64,000 nt of DNA from an uncultured Alphaproteobacteria bacterium (GCA_902579395.1 CACHGK010000002.1:155767-219766); one strand, 5' to 3'. Shown: positions 46,193 to 57,904, numbered from the stretch's first letter. The notes: generated by a model not told the origin, from the sequence alone. Program-made: numbers and translations.

Positions 46193-48089
46193 ATTAGGAT
46201 TTCTACTTTTAATAATTGTTTTTTTGGTTTCTAGTCTCAGCTCATTTGAACTATTGATGAATACAAAATACCCTAAAAACTTTTCCTTTGATCAAGACAA
46301 ACTTTCTAAACTTATATTTCTATTAACACTTTCTTCGTTCATATGTCTTTCTTTCTCCTTTGTTAATTCAGATTTCTCATTAAATGTAGTTTCTAAAAAC
46401 TCAAATAGCCAACTCCCAATTATATACAAATTTACTGGAGTTTGGGGAAATCATGAAGGTTCAATACTGCTCTGGTTATTAGTAATGACTTTTTTTGGGT
46501 TTTTATTCTCGAAAAGTATTTTTGCATCTACAAACTTCAAAAATGATGTTTTGAAAATCCACAATACTTTATGTTTTTTAATAGTTTCATTTATTCTATT
46601 TACCTCGAACCCATTTGAAAAAACATTTCCTCCACCAATTGAAGGATCTGATCTAAATCCGCTTCTACAAGACCCGGGATTAGCTATTCATCCTCCATTT
46701 TTATACTTAGGTTATGTAGGCTTCTCAATAATTTACTCAATATCAGTCGCTGCATTATCTTATAAAAATAAAGCATTATTTATAAAGATTCTAAGACCAT
46801 GGGTTTTTATGTCTTGGATATTTCTTACATGTGGCATTGGTCTTGGAAGTTGGTGGGCATATTATGAATTAGGATGGGGAGGGTTTTGGTTCTGGGATCC
46901 CGTGGAGAATGCATCACTTTTACCGTGGCTCACTGCCTCTGCGCTTTTACATACTATTGTCATTGCAGACAAAAGGGGTTTATTAGTTAACTGGACAATT
47001 GTTTTATCCATTCTGACATTTATATTAAGTCTTTTAGGAACATTCTTAGTGAGATCGGGAGTTTTAGTTTCCGTACACGCTTTTGCAAATGATCCAACAA
47101 GAGGAATTTACATACTTCTACTTCTTTTCTCTATCAGCGCATTTGGAGTTATAAAATATTTGAATAATAATACATTCACGTCCAGCCAATCAAAAATCAA
47201 TTTGGTATCTAGAGAAGGTATGATTTCTTTGAACAATATTTTTATGCTTTCTCTTGCATTTACAGTATTGCTAGGGACAATTTATCCTCTATTCTCAAAT
47301 GTTATTTTTAACTCCAAAATTTCTGTAGGTGCACCTTTTTTTAACTCCATTTTAATGCCCGTAATGTTTCCTTTTGTGTTTGGAATGATAATAGGACCGT
47401 ATGCTCGATGGGGAAAAGATGATCTTATAAAAATTCTTAATAGGTTAAAAATATTACTTTTTTCATTTATTATAATTTCATTTGCAGTATGGTACTTAAA
47501 TTATAAAGATCCAGTTTTAGCAATTATATTTATTATACTTGGATGCTGGATTATAATAAGCTCTTTATTTGAGCTAGTTCAATTTCAAAAAGTAAATAGA
47601 AATATTTTCCATATCCCTAACAAAATGATTGCACAAGTATCTGCCCATATTGGGATTGGCTTGTTAATAATAGGTGCAACAGGAAGTAGTATTCTTAAAA
47701 AAGAAAAAATTCAATTTCAAGAAGTTGGAGAGATAGTAAAAGTAAATAAATTTGATGTTCAATTTCAAGGAGTTAAGAAAGTAGAGGGACCAAATTATAT
47801 AAGTCAAATGGGATTTTTCAAAATTTTCAGCAAAGACAAATTAATAACAATCCTCAAGCCTGAAAAAAGATTTTATAATTCTGGTAATCAAGTAACAACA
47901 GAAGCAGCAATATACTCAACTATCTTAGGTGACCTCTATATCGCAATAGGGGATGTACATCAAAATAAAATAAAATGGACTTCAAGAATATGGTATAATC
48001 CTTACACTATTTGGATTTGGATAGGTGTGGTATTCCTTGCTATTGGTGGTTCATTTTCTTTTGTAAATAGCTTGAGAAGAAAAAAATGA
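46182..48089 (+). CDS. ccmF: Cytochrome c heme lyase subunit CcmF
   Basis: 635-aa polytopic protein with the WGGFWFWDPVEN tryptophan-rich motif. Confidence 0.9.
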   Translation: MISELGFLLLIIVFLVSSLSSFELLMNTKYPKNFSFDQDKLSKLIFLLTLSSFICLSFSFVNSDFSLNVVSKNSNSQLPIIYKFTGVWGNHEGSILLWLLVMTFFGFLFSKSIFASTNFKNDVLKIHNTLCFLIVSFILFTSNPFEKTFPPPIEGSDLNPLLQDPGLAIHPPFLYLGYVGFSIIYSISVAALSYKNKALFIKILRPWVFMSWIFLTCGIGLGSWWAYYELGWGGFWFWDPVENASLLPWLTASALLHTIVIADKRGLLVNWTIVLSILTFILSLLGTFLVRSGVLVSVHAFANDPTRGIYILLLLFSISAFGVIKYLNNNTFTSSQSKINLVSREGMISLNNIFMLSLAFTVLLGTIYPLFSNVIFNSKISVGAPFFNSILMPVMFPFVFGMIIGPYARWGKDDLIKILNRLKILLFSFIIISFAVWYLNYKDPVLAIIFIILGCWIIISSLFELVQFQKVNRNIFHIPNKMIAQVSAHIGIGLLIIGATGSSILKKEKIQFQEVGEIVKVNKFDVQFQGVKKVEGPNYISQMGFFKIFSKDKLITILKPEKRFYNSGNQVTTEAAIYSTILGDLYIAIGDVHQNKIKWTSRIWYNPYTIWIWIGVVFLAIGGSFSFVNSLRRKK

Positions 48090-48589
48090 GAATTTTATTT
48101 TTAATTTTCTTCTGTTTCTTTTTTTTTATATTTTATGAAGGACTAAAAAAAGATCCAAAAGAAATTCCATCTAATTTAATCTCAAAAAAAATTCCAGAAT
48201 TCAATTTAAAGGGTTTTAATAGCTCCGAAATGACTAATTATGATTTGTATAAAAGTGAAATAAAAATTATTAACTTTTTTGCCTCATGGTGTCCTCCCTG
48301 TCAAATTGAGCATGAGCAACTTATGCACCTAAGTAAAAAAAATTCTGTATTTGGTATTGCAAAAAAAAATCAGTTAGATGAACTTTCATCTTGGCTAAAA
48401 AGATTAGGCAATCCATATACTAAGATTGGAATGGACTTAGAGGGAGATGTAAGTATAGACTGGGGAGTTTATGGGTTACCAGAGACTTTTATAGTTGATG
48501 AAGAAGGTATAATCAAATATAAGCACGTTGGACCAATTATGAAACGTGATTTAAAAGAGTTAGAGTCAGTTATTAAAAATCTAAGATGA
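48086..48589 (+). CDS. ccmG: Thiol:disulfide oxidoreductase CcmG/DsbE
   Basis: Thioredoxin fold with WCPPC and the GVYGLPETF block. Confidence 0.9.
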   Translation: MRILFLIFFCFFFFIFYEGLKKDPKEIPSNLISKKIPEFNLKGFNSSEMTNYDLYKSEIKIINFFASWCPPCQIEHEQLMHLSKKNSVFGIAKKNQLDELSSWLKRLGNPYTKIGMDLEGDVSIDWGVYGLPETFIVDEEGIIKYKHVGPIMKRDLKELESVIKNLR

Positions 48590-48951
48590 AATATATAATA
48601 ATTTTTATGAGTTTATTTTTTTTGCAGGCAAATTCTATTGAGCCTGATGAAATGTTAGAAGATACAAGACTTGAAAAAATAGCTAGAGAAATTGGAAAAG
48701 AACTTAGGTGTCTGGTGTGTCAAAATGAAGACATCCAAAATTCAAATGCTGACATTGCAAAAGATCTTAGAAAAATTGTACGAAAAAAACTTTTAAATGG
48801 TGAATCAAAAAAACAAATAATAGATTATATTCATTCTAGATACGGAGATTTTGTTCTTTTTTCACCTCCAATAAGAATTGATACTTTTGGATTATGGTTA
48901 TTACCAATAATATTTTTCTTTTTTTTAACTTTCTTGATCTTTAGAAAATGA
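48586..48951 (+). CDS. ccmH: Cytochrome c-type biogenesis protein CcmH (CycL)
   Basis: LRCLVCQNEDI (CxxC) motif and a C-terminal TM segment. Confidence 0.85.
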   Translation: MKYIIIFMSLFFLQANSIEPDEMLEDTRLEKIAREIGKELRCLVCQNEDIQNSNADIAKDLRKIVRKKLLNGESKKQIIDYIHSRYGDFVLFSPPIRIDTFGLWLLPIIFFFFLTFLIFRK

Positions 48952-49589
48952 AAATGATACCTTTTTTTATTTTCATTTTCTTAATTATAGCTTTTTGTTC
49001 AATCTACTTAAATAAATCAAAAACAAACTTTAAGTTTACCTTTTTAATTTTTTTTTTTTTATCCCTTCCCACAGTGTTTATTTATCTTAAAAAAGGAGGT
49101 ATTGAAACATTCACTTTCGAAGAGAAACTCAATGACATCATAGAAGATGTTATAAAAAAAACTAAAAATATAAATGAAGTTGACCCAAAAATAATGATTA
49201 CTTTCTTGGAAAAAAAATTAAATGAAGATCCAAATGATATTGAAGGATGGCTTATTCTGGCAAGAACATCTGTAATAAGTGGATACTTCCAAAAAGGAGA
49301 CATGCATTACAAGAGTGCACTTAAATATTTTCCAGATAATGAAAATGCCTTATTAGAATATTCAATTCTAAAAAAGAACACCAATCAAACTGAAAGTGCT
49401 ATGAAACTTTTGTTAAGATTAAAAGAAATTAACCCAAAAAATATAAGAGCTAGAGAAATGATAATTGAAATACTTTTCAAAAACTCCAAAGAAAAACAAG
49501 CACTTAAAGAAATAAAAAAACTACTTGAAATCAAAAAAGAAGATTCGGTTTTTATAAATAATCTTAAAAAAAAATATAATTTAAAGTAA
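48948..49589 (+). CDS. ccmI: CcmI/CycH-like TPR protein
   Basis: N-terminal TM helices and TPR-like C-terminal repeats. It is the terminal gene of the ccm cluster. Confidence 0.5.
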   Translation: MKMIPFFIFIFLIIAFCSIYLNKSKTNFKFTFLIFFFLSLPTVFIYLKKGGIETFTFEEKLNDIIEDVIKKTKNINEVDPKIMITFLEKKLNEDPNDIEGWLILARTSVISGYFQKGDMHYKSALKYFPDNENALLEYSILKKNTNQTESAMKLLLRLKEINPKNIRAREMIIEILFKNSKEKQALKEIKKLLEIKKEDSVFINNLKKKYNLK

Positions 49590-50462
49590 TTCTAATCTTT
49601 CCCTTTTTTTATAATCATCCGAGAAATATTTAATTAACTCTTTTGTATCCCTAGATATTTTAAATTTTTTCTTCTCTAACTGCCTCACAGGCATAATTTT
49701 TAATATAGAATTTGTAATGAACATTTCATTGTAAGAATTTATGTTTGTTTTCTTTATTTCAACTTCCTCAACTTTTTCAAAGAATTTTTTAGATTTTTCA
49801 ATAATGACTTGCCTCATTACTCCTTTGATTCCAGAGTGATTTATTAAAGGCGTAAAGAGCATCTTTCCTCTAGCAAAAAAAATATTAGTCATAGTTCCTT
49901 CAATTATATTTTCTTTATCATCAACTAAAATACCTTCAAAAAAATTTTTATTATTCCATTCTGATCTCCCCATTACTGAATCAAGTCTATTGAGGTGTTT
50001 AAGTCCAGCTAATTGATGATTTTTGAAAATTGGAGATTCACAAAATCTTGTTCTAACCCCTTTGGAATATAGAGAGTAATTTAAATCTACTCGAGGGAAG
50101 GATAAAAAAATGATTGTAGGTTGCATATTACTTTCATACTTATATCCTCTTCCTCCAATACCTCTTGTAATAATTATTTTTAGAATACCCTGGGTAATTC
50201 CGGAATTGAAAGATTTTTCAAGAATTTTTGCTTTAAAATTATTTAGTAGTTTAGTTGAGGGTAATTTAATTTTTGTTATCAAACAGCTTTTCTCAATTCT
50301 TTTTAAATGTCTTTTCCAAAACTCCACGCCCAGTTGCCCTTTATCTTTTAAAAAACTCCATGACATTGTTTCAAAAATTCCATCGCCATACGATAAACCT
50401 CGATCTAACACAGAAATTGAATTTGTAAATTCACCATTTATCAACGAAAAATAATTATTCAT
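49581..50462 (-). CDS. pabC: Class IV aminotransferase-fold enzyme, probably aminodeoxychorismate lyase
   Basis: Fold-type IV blocks (RGLSYGDGIFET, ...TNIFF...). It overlaps and follows the PabB-like gene. Confidence 0.6.
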   Translation of the reverse strand: MNNYFSLINGEFTNSISVLDRGLSYGDGIFETMSWSFLKDKGQLGVEFWKRHLKRIEKSCLITKIKLPSTKLLNNFKAKILEKSFNSGITQGILKIIITRGIGGRGYKYESNMQPTIIFLSFPRVDLNYSLYSKGVRTRFCESPIFKNHQLAGLKHLNRLDSVMGRSEWNNKNFFEGILVDDKENIIEGTMTNIFFARGKMLFTPLINHSGIKGVMRQVIIEKSKKFFEKVEEVEIKKTNINSYNEMFITNSILKIMPVRQLEKKKFKISRDTKELIKYFSDDYKKRERLELL

Positions 50463-51855
50463 TTTTAAATGATCCGACTGCTTTTAACATTCCGTTAGCT
50501 TTAGCCTCTGTTTCTAATGTTTCGTTTTGAGGAATCGAATCAGCAACAATACCTCCCCCAGCACGAAAGAAGAGATCGCTATTTTCTTTTAAAATAGTTC
50601 TTATCAGTATGTTAAAATCCATATTCCCGTTATGATTAACGTAACCAAAAGAACCGGTATAGGGACCTCTACCCTGTTTTTCCAATTGTCCCAATATTTC
50701 CATACATCTTACTTTTGGACAGCCTGTTATGGTTCCACCCGGAAAAACTGATTTTATTACATCACCAGGAAGAATATTTTCTTTCTTCCTACCACTTATG
50801 TTCGATACAATGTGATGAACATGGGCGTAAGTTTCAATTGTCATCATCTCGTCAACTTTTACCGAACCAGGCTCACAGACTTTAGAGATATCATTTCTTT
50901 CTAAATCGACTAGCATCAAATGCTCAGCTTTTTCTTTATCTGAATTTATCAACTCTTTAGTTAATTCTATGTCAAGCAATCCGTTGCTTCCTCTTGGTCT
51001 TGTGCCAGCTATTGGTCTGGTTTGCAAATGTTCTCCAGTAATTGAAATCAACCTTTCTGGAGAAGAACTAATAATTGTACTATTGTTAAACTTTACTATA
51101 CCAGAAAAAGGAGACGGGTTTTTCTGTCGTAGTTGTCGATATATTTGAGTATCTAGAACATTGTTTTGAATTTTAAATCTCCACAATCTAGACAAATTGG
51201 CCTGAAAAATTTCACCTTGGTAAATATAATCAATACATGAACGGACTTGTTTCTGATGTTCGTCTGATGTTCCTTTAGAATGAATTTTTACTGAACCATG
51301 TGAAAAATTATCCAGATTTTCATTTGTCAAATTTAAAAGATCATTAATTATTTCATCAAAATCATCACCACTTTTGTCTTTGTCAGAGGTGATAATTAAT
51401 ATTTCATCTATGTGATCATAGATAATTGCAGAATGGACTCTTGCTGCAAATGCATCAGGTAAAAAAAACGGGGACTTTGGAATTTGGAGTTTCTTTTCAA
51501 TTTCTCTTGCAATTTCATATCCAAGGTACACAAACCAGCCACCATAAAAAGGTAGTGGTTTTCCATTATATTTCGCTTGATCTTGTCTTATTTTTTTTTT
51601 TTTCCATAGAGAATTGAACTCATCAAGAAAATCAATATTTTCATTGTCTTTAATTAAGGTTAATTTGGGTTTAAAAAATATAATTGAATAACGATTTTGA
51701 ATATTTCCTCTTGATGAACTTTCTAAAAAATATGGATACTTTTCTGGATATTTTTCTACAAGCCGCAACAGATCAATGTTTTCCCCATTTCTAAACTGGG
51801 CAACAAGGCCGTTCCAACCTTCTCCATTTATTTTTAGAGTTGTTAATTTCTTCAT
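50455..51855 (-). CDS. pabB: Chorismate-utilising enzyme, aminodeoxychorismate synthase component I (TrpE/PabB family)
   Basis: C-terminal chorismate-binding blocks ([23 protein letters not shown]). The pairing with a class IV lyase favours PabB over TrpE. Confidence 0.75.
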   Translation of the reverse strand: MKKLTTLKINGEGWNGLVAQFRNGENIDLLRLVEKYPEKYPYFLESSSRGNIQNRYSIIFFKPKLTLIKDNENIDFLDEFNSLWKKKKIRQDQAKYNGKPLPFYGGWFVYLGYEIAREIEKKLQIPKSPFFLPDAFAARVHSAIIYDHIDEILIITSDKDKSGDDFDEIINDLLNLTNENLDNFSHGSVKIHSKGTSDEHQKQVRSCIDYIYQGEIFQANLSRLWRFKIQNNVLDTQIYRQLRQKNPSPFSGIVKFNNSTIISSSPERLISITGEHLQTRPIAGTRPRGSNGLLDIELTKELINSDKEKAEHLMLVDLERNDISKVCEPGSVKVDEMMTIETYAHVHHIVSNISGRKKENILPGDVIKSVFPGGTITGCPKVRCMEILGQLEKQGRGPYTGSFGYVNHNGNMDFNILIRTILKENSDLFFRAGGGIVADSIPQNETLETEAKANGMLKAVGSFKNE

Positions 51856-51933
51856 AAATTTTGTTGTAAATAAGTATTTTAATACTATATTTCATGTTTT
51901 ATAGTAACAATTGAAAAATTTTAATATGAAATT

Positions 51934-53214
51934 ATGTATCACACAATTGTAATAGGAGGAGGATGTTTAGGTGCATCAGCTGCAATATCCCTCCAAAGAA
52001 AGCTTAATAAAAAAGGAAAACAAGAAAAAGTTTGCCTTGTCGAGAAAGCAGTCTTGTGTGCTGCGGAATCATCGAGACACTCTGGAATAGTAAGATCTGC
52101 GAATGCCGACCCCGATGCATCAATGATGGCTATGATTAGTACTAAAATGTGGAAGAACCTCTCTGAAGTTTGGGGATTAGATATGGAGCTAGATGAATTT
52201 GGTGCTATATGGATCGCGAAAAAAAATTCTGAAGGTGAAAACCCTGTGTGGAATGATCTTTCTAAGAGAATGAATAAAATAAATTTGGTTTTTGAGGAAA
52301 TCAATTCATCATCAGCAGTGGAAAAATGCGGTACAACCTTACTAACAGATGAAAATGAGTCATATTTTTATGAACCTGACGCTTTTCAATTAGATCCTAG
52401 CATTTTACGCTCAACACTTTATGACGCCTTAGATCACAATGGTGTAGAACTAATGGAGAAAACTGAGGTTGACACAATATTAACTAAAGGTAGCGAAATT
52501 GTTGGTTTAACAACCAATAATGGTAAGATATCAGCTAAAAATTTTATCAATGCAACTGGTGCTTGGAGTTCACAACTTTTTTCAAAAATAGGAATTAAAA
52601 TCCCAGTAACAATAGAACCAGTATCTGTTGTCAATTGGATGGAAAGTCCTAAACAAATCAGATATGAATACCCAATAATTGCTGATTACACAAATCTTTG
52701 TTACTTTAGATCTTGGAGAGGAAATAAAATGCATGCTCATCAGCCAAGAAAAAGATCCGTTTATGAGATAGCAAAAAATTTTCTCAACGATCTTACAACT
52801 GTAAACGGAGGAGAATATCTTAATGAGCCAATGAATCAGTCCCTAGCCTACAATCAGATCAAGAACTATGAAGATATTTCAAAGAAAAGATTTTCTAACA
52901 TCGATAAAACTGTCTATGCCTCTGGCTACCGATCTTTCTTTGATATAACTCCAGATTTAAGATTCATTTTAGGTAAAGATTCAAAATACAACAATCTATT
53001 TCACAACTTAGGATCTGGTCAAGCAATGAAATATTGCCCGGTATTAGGTGAAAGCATTGCCGAAGAAATAATGAACGATTATGATTTAATTAATAAATTT
53101 GATTATAAAAAATTTAACATTAATAGATTTAGCGATGATTACATGAAAGAATTTTGGAATCTAGTTCAAGGAGAAGAAAATACTCTGCATAGACAAGGTA
53201 AAAATACACTTTAG
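51934..53214 (+). CDS. FAD-dependent oxidoreductase (DAO / sarcosine-oxidase-beta-like family)
   Basis: N-terminal dinucleotide motif IVIGGGCLGASAA; DAO-like length and layout. Confidence 0.7.
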   Translation: MYHTIVIGGGCLGASAAISLQRKLNKKGKQEKVCLVEKAVLCAAESSRHSGIVRSANADPDASMMAMISTKMWKNLSEVWGLDMELDEFGAIWIAKKNSEGENPVWNDLSKRMNKINLVFEEINSSSAVEKCGTTLLTDENESYFYEPDAFQLDPSILRSTLYDALDHNGVELMEKTEVDTILTKGSEIVGLTTNNGKISAKNFINATGAWSSQLFSKIGIKIPVTIEPVSVVNWMESPKQIRYEYPIIADYTNLCYFRSWRGNKMHAHQPRKRSVYEIAKNFLNDLTTVNGGEYLNEPMNQSLAYNQIKNYEDISKKRFSNIDKTVYASGYRSFFDITPDLRFILGKDSKYNNLFHNLGSGQAMKYCPVLGESIAEEIMNDYDLINKFDYKKFNINRFSDDYMKEFWNLVQGEENTLHRQGKNTL

Positions 53215-53615
53215 TCATCATCCTCGGATAACGATGTAACAAGGTTTAAATTTCTCCAAAAATCCTCGCTTTTCAGGTTTATATCATTCAACCTCATCAA
53301 CAAGCTTCTTACTATAGCCCTAACAACTGGATCAGCCTCCTTAAGTTTTTGTTTTAAGGTTTTTTCATTAATTGGATATAAAATACAATTTGTAGCTGCC
53401 TCAGCTGTAACTGACCTTGATTCATCAAGAGAAGGTCCTCTTTCTCCAAAAATCTCTCCCTCACCAATTTTTCCAAGCAATAATCCACCTGGACTATAAA
53501 TATTTACTTTTCCTGAATGAACATAATAAGCTGAATGAGCTGCATCTCCTTTTGCATATATTTCTTTTCCTTTGGAAAATTTAAGCTGGCTTATACCTAT
53601 TTTTTTTTCTTTCAT
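53211..53615 (-). CDS. Stand-alone cyclic-nucleotide-binding domain protein
   Basis: GEIFGE...RSVTAEA pattern of cNMP-binding beta-barrels. There is no DNA-binding domain. Confidence 0.65.
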   Translation of the reverse strand: MKEKKIGISQLKFSKGKEIYAKGDAAHSAYYVHSGKVNIYSPGGLLLGKIGEGEIFGERGPSLDESRSVTAEAATNCILYPINEKTLKQKLKEADPVVRAIVRSLLMRLNDINLKSEDFWRNLNLVTSLSEDDD

Positions 53616-53620
53616 AAAAG

Positions 53621-55039
53621 TTAACCTATTCCTAAATATTTCTTATTTTGCAAGTATCTTTTTGTTATAATTCTATTAGAATTTCTAAATCTAGCAAACA
53701 AACCTTTTTTTTTAAAGTCATAATCATATGAAACTAAACACTCTATCTTCACGGATTTTAATTCCAGCAATACCGACAAAATCTCTTCAATTTTTTCTGA
53801 AACAAGCGATTCTTTATTAGATGGAAAATAAATTTTCTCTCCCACGAGATAAATGGGGATATTCACACTCTTTAATTTATTAATTAGAAGAAAAAAGCTT
53901 TTGGAAAGGAATTCGTCCCACTTTACTTTAACTTTTCTTGAAGCAAATGGAACAAATGCTCTATTATCTATTATATTGTTGACAAGTGCATTTTTGACTA
54001 CATCATTCGAAAATTTATGAAGATTTAATTTTTTCTTCTCAATTAAAACTGACTTTACAAAACTTTTATTACTAGATGATCTGAAATATTTCAAAGTTAA
54101 ATAACATAATTGCTCAAAATTTAGTTTGCTTGCAAATGTCTTGGGTTTCAAAATAACATTAGTATTTGAAATTTTAGTCAAGTATTCCCCAAAAAAATTG
54201 TAAAAACTAAAATGACTTGTTTTTTGGTGATTAATAATAAGCTTGTCTCTAATTTTTGACGATAAATTAAAATCTAGTTTATTCCACCAGCAACCGTCAA
54301 TCATAATGTTTGTTTGATCATCAGCATGATATGAGTAGGAACAAGAGGAAAAATTAGATATAACAATTTTTCTTTTATCCGTCCTCGTTAAAAATTCTCC
54401 ATGCTGATCAGGTATATCAAAAAGATTTTTAGAAATTAACCTGTTGTAGTATTTTAAAACCTGTCCTATTTCATTGGTTTCATATGTATCAGTATATTCG
54501 CATAATTTACCTTTATCGTAAATTAGAACAAATTCTCTTTTAAGATGATTAAAATTCTGGACTTCTAGTGAATTAATTTTTTGAAATTGATAAATCAGAG
54601 ATTGAGAAGCTCTAATTCTTGATAGCCTACTTTTTTTTGTTCTGGAATCAAAAAAACCTGGATAAAATTCTATGAATTTCTTTTTTTCAAGAAACTTTAT
54701 TATTTTAATCAAAAATGAAGAAATACTATTTGGGTTATATCTTGATTTAGAGTTATAACCTCTTTTTGACATCGAAACACAAAGAAATTGAGATTCAGAT
54801 TCAGACCAACAAAGGAATAATTCAAAAACTAAAAGTCTTAGGTGCTTTGAAAATAAATCATTTACATTTTCAGTCTCCAAAATAAGATCTATACAATTAT
54901 TAATAATATTCGTATTTATATTTCTTTGAAGGTCAATTAATCTGCTAAAATCAAAATCTAATTGATCACTTTTACTTTTCATAATAGATTCTAACTTATT
55001 ATGTTCTTTGTTGATTTTTTTGCATATATCCTTTTTCAA
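53621..55039 (-). CDS. Large hypothetical protein, unplaced
   Basis: A long uninterrupted ORF in an AT-rich genome. The start is probably at MKSKSDQ (54982), which avoids overlap with yggT. No diagnostic motif. Confidence 0.5.
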   Translation of the reverse strand: MKKDICKKINKEHNKLESIMKSKSDQLDFDFSRLIDLQRNINTNIINNCIDLILETENVNDLFSKHLRLLVFELFLCWSESESQFLCVSMSKRGYNSKSRYNPNSISSFLIKIIKFLEKKKFIEFYPGFFDSRTKKSRLSRIRASQSLIYQFQKINSLEVQNFNHLKREFVLIYDKGKLCEYTDTYETNEIGQVLKYYNRLISKNLFDIPDQHGEFLTRTDKRKIVISNFSSCSYSYHADDQTNIMIDGCWWNKLDFNLSSKIRDKLIINHQKTSHFSFYNFFGEYLTKISNTNVILKPKTFASKLNFEQLCYLTLKYFRSSSNKSFVKSVLIEKKKLNLHKFSNDVVKNALVNNIIDNRAFVPFASRKVKVKWDEFLSKSFFLLINKLKSVNIPIYLVGEKIYFPSNKESLVSEKIEEILSVLLELKSVKIECLVSYDYDFKKKGLFARFRNSNRIITKRYLQNKKYLGIG

Positions 55040-55288
55040 TTATTACAGTTCTATAAATATGCAGTAATAATTTATGTAATAATTAGCATGTTAGTTTCTT
55101 TCAATATTATCAATACAAATAATAAAATTATATCAATTATTATGGATTTTTTATTTAGGTTGATTGAACCTTTACTTAGAGCTATAAGAAAAGTAATTCC
55201 AAGTTTTGGTGCAATTGATATTTCACCTGTGATATTAATAATTTTAATTGAAGCATTTCAGTATATAATAACAAAATACGGATTTTAA
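55001..55288 (+). CDS. YggT-family membrane protein
   Basis: LIEPLLRAIRKVIPSFGAIDISPVILIILIE matches the YGGT repeat block. Confidence 0.75.
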   Translation: MFFVDFFAYILFQLLQFYKYAVIIYVIISMLVSFNIINTNNKIISIIMDFLFRLIEPLLRAIRKVIPSFGAIDISPVILIILIEAFQYIITKYGF

Positions 55289-55289
55289 A

Positions 55290-56189
55290 ATGGTAGATAA
55301 CAAAGTTATTGACGGTAAACTTATCTCTTCTGAAATAAGAGAAAAAATTAAAATTTTTGGTGAAGAACTTAAAAAAAAATCGGGAAAAACTCCTGGATTG
55401 GCAGTTGTTCTTGTTGGCGAAAATCCAGCTAGCAAAGTATATGTTAAAAATAAAACAGAAAAAACAAAAGAAGTCGGGTTCAATTCAATTGAACATAAAT
55501 TAGAAGAAAGTGTTTCTGAAAATGAACTTTTAAAATTAGTTAATAAACTTAATAATGATGAAAATGTTCAAGGTATTCTTGTTCAACTTCCACTTCCAAA
55601 ACATATAAATTCAGAAAAAGTTTTAGATAGTATTAAGCCAGAAAAAGATGTTGATGGTTTTCATGCACAAAATGTTGGAAAATTGTGGTCAGGCTTAAAT
55701 TCTTTGGTTCCATGTACTCCTCTGGGTTGTAGCATTTTAGTTAAAAAACTGGCAAGTGATCTTTCCGGGAAACATGCAGTAATTATTGGAAGATCAAATA
55801 TAGTAGGAAAACCAATGGCTGCTTTACTTTTGAGCATGAATGCAACAGTAACTATATGTCATTCAAGAACAAAAAGTCTTGCTGATGTTTGTAAAGATGC
55901 AGATATTCTCGTGGCCGCAGTAGGAATTCCAGAAATGGTGAAATCCGATTGGGTGAAAAAAGATGCTATTATTATTGATGTTGGAATAAATAGAATTGAA
56001 AGAAATGAAAAAAAAATTCTGGTTGGTGACGTAGATTATCAAGACTGTTTTGAAAAATGCAAAATGATAACACCAGTTCCTGGCGGGGTTGGGCCAATGA
56101 CAATTGCATGTTTACTATTAAATACTTTATTAACATCCTACAGCCAGTTTAACCAAGAAGCTCCAGATTTAACCTCTATTCTTGAGTGA
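55290..56189 (+). CDS. folD: Bifunctional methylenetetrahydrofolate dehydrogenase/cyclohydrolase
   Basis: [41 protein letters not shown] and [10 protein letters not shown] blocks. Confidence 0.95.
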   Translation: MVDNKVIDGKLISSEIREKIKIFGEELKKKSGKTPGLAVVLVGENPASKVYVKNKTEKTKEVGFNSIEHKLEESVSENELLKLVNKLNNDENVQGILVQLPLPKHINSEKVLDSIKPEKDVDGFHAQNVGKLWSGLNSLVPCTPLGCSILVKKLASDLSGKHAVIIGRSNIVGKPMAALLLSMNATVTICHSRTKSLADVCKDADILVAAVGIPEMVKSDWVKKDAIIIDVGINRIERNEKKILVGDVDYQDCFEKCKMITPVPGGVGPMTIACLLLNTLLTSYSQFNQEAPDLTSILE

Positions 56190-57371
56190 CTTAAGTCTTA
56201 ATGCGTTTAATTTAATAAATCCCTCTGCATCACTCTGGTCATAAACCTCATCTTCTTCGAATGTTGCCATTTCTGCAGAATATAAACTATTCTTTGACTT
56301 TCTTCCCTCAACAACTACATTTCCTTTATAAATTTTTAATCTAACGATGCCACTGACCTTTTTTTGAGATTCATCTATAAGCTTTTGGAGCATTTCTCTT
56401 TCTGGTGAAAACCAGAAACCGTTATAAATTAATTCTGCATACTTCGGCATTAATTCATCTTTAAGGTGAGCTACAGACTTATCTAAAGTAATGCTCTCAA
56501 TTGCTCTTCTGGCCACCAAAAGTATTTCACCTCCAGGTGTCTCATAAACACCCCGTGATTTCATTCCAATAAATCTATTCTCCACAATATCAATTCTCCC
56601 TATCCCATTATCACCACCTATTTTATTTAGCTCACTTAATAAAATATGAGGTTCTAATTTTCTGTTATTAATTGAAACAGGATCACCACTTTTAAATTCA
56701 ATAATCATAGTTGTAGGCTTATCTGGAGCTTCTTCACAAGATTTAGTCCTTGAAAACATTGATTCATCTGGCTTAACCCATGGATCTTCAAGGATTTTTC
56801 CTTCATATGAAGTATGTAGTAAATTTGCATCCATAGAATAGGGAGGATCATTTAACTTTTCTTTTGGGATTTTAATCTGACTCATTTCAGCATATTTTAT
56901 TAGATCATTTCTTGACTTTAAGTCCCATTCTCTCCAAGGAGCTATTACTCTAATTTTAGGATTATTGGCATAGTAACCCAACTCAAATCTTATTTGATCA
57001 TTACCCTTGCCAGTCGAGCCATGAGAAACAAAGTTTGCTCCAACCTTTTTGGCTATTTCTAATTGCCTCTTTGCTATCAATGGTCTAGCTATTGATGTGC
57101 CAAGTAAATAATATCCCTCATAAATAGCATTAGCTCTAAACATTGGAAAGACATAGTCTTTAACGAACTCTTTTTTTAAATCCTCTATAAAAATTTCTTT
57201 AACGCCCAAATCCTTTGCCTTTTTTTTTGCTTCTATAATTTCATTGCCTTGGCCAATATCTGCTGTAAATGTAACAACCTCCATATTTTTTTCGTTTTGT
57301 AACCATTTAAGAATTATTGATGTATCCAATCCACCTGAAAAGGCCAAAACAACTTTTTCTCTCTTAATCAT
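56169..57371 (-). CDS. argG: Argininosuccinate synthase
   Basis: [12 protein letters not shown]-pyrophosphatase motif; 400 aa, type I length. Confidence 0.95.
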   Translation of the reverse strand: MIKREKVVLAFSGGLDTSIILKWLQNEKNMEVVTFTADIGQGNEIIEAKKKAKDLGVKEIFIEDLKKEFVKDYVFPMFRANAIYEGYYLLGTSIARPLIAKRQLEIAKKVGANFVSHGSTGKGNDQIRFELGYYANNPKIRVIAPWREWDLKSRNDLIKYAEMSQIKIPKEKLNDPPYSMDANLLHTSYEGKILEDPWVKPDESMFSRTKSCEEAPDKPTTMIIEFKSGDPVSINNRKLEPHILLSELNKIGGDNGIGRIDIVENRFIGMKSRGVYETPGGEILLVARRAIESITLDKSVAHLKDELMPKYAELIYNGFWFSPEREMLQKLIDESQKKVSGIVRLKIYKGNVVVEGRKSKNSLYSAEMATFEEDEVYDQSDAEGFIKLNALRLKSLKNRG

Positions 57372-57379
57372 AAATGCTT

Positions 57380-57904
57380 CTATTTTTTTTTGCAGGCTTC
57401 GTTTATTTTTTGGAAAGCCTTGCTAAAACCTATTAAAGAATATGTATCAGTAGTTATTGTTCCTCTAGCCGATGTACCAACCACCTTCATTTTCATTGAA
57501 GATTTAAGAAATTTAATAATTTTTTCGTCATCAGGTGGGCTAAAACTCCAAGCTCTTGAACCAGATGTGAAGAGTTGAAATTTTGCATCGCCAATAGTTA
57601 CCTCAGGGTTGCTATCTGCCTTAAAATTATATCCAGCAATGATACTAAACTCATTCCATTTATTTTGACCAGGTAGGTGAGTAATAACCGCGAAAATTTC
57701 TCCTCTCCTTTTATAGTTCCCCTCAGCTTTTTTTGGCTTTGAAACTGCCATACAGGCTAAATTTTTTCCTTCACCCTCTGCATAAGCACTCCAATCATTA
57801 AATTTTGCTATTTCCTTAGAGACTGATGAAGAAAAATAAAATGGTAGTGGTAAAAATAGAAGTATTCTTAAAGAAATTTTAAAATTCATTATTTTTATTG
57901 ACAC
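57380..57904 (-). CDS. Periplasmic hypothetical protein (possibly IalB-like)
   Basis: Signal peptide; W...C...C spacing recalls invasion-associated-locus-B-type proteins (weak). Confidence 0.45.
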   Translation of the reverse strand: MSIKIMNFKISLRILLFLPLPFYFSSSVSKEIAKFNDWSAYAEGEGKNLACMAVSKPKKAEGNYKRRGEIFAVITHLPGQNKWNEFSIIAGYNFKADSNPEVTIGDAKFQLFTSGSRAWSFSPPDDEKIIKFLKSSMKMKVVGTSARGTITTDTYSLIGFSKAFQKINEACKKK

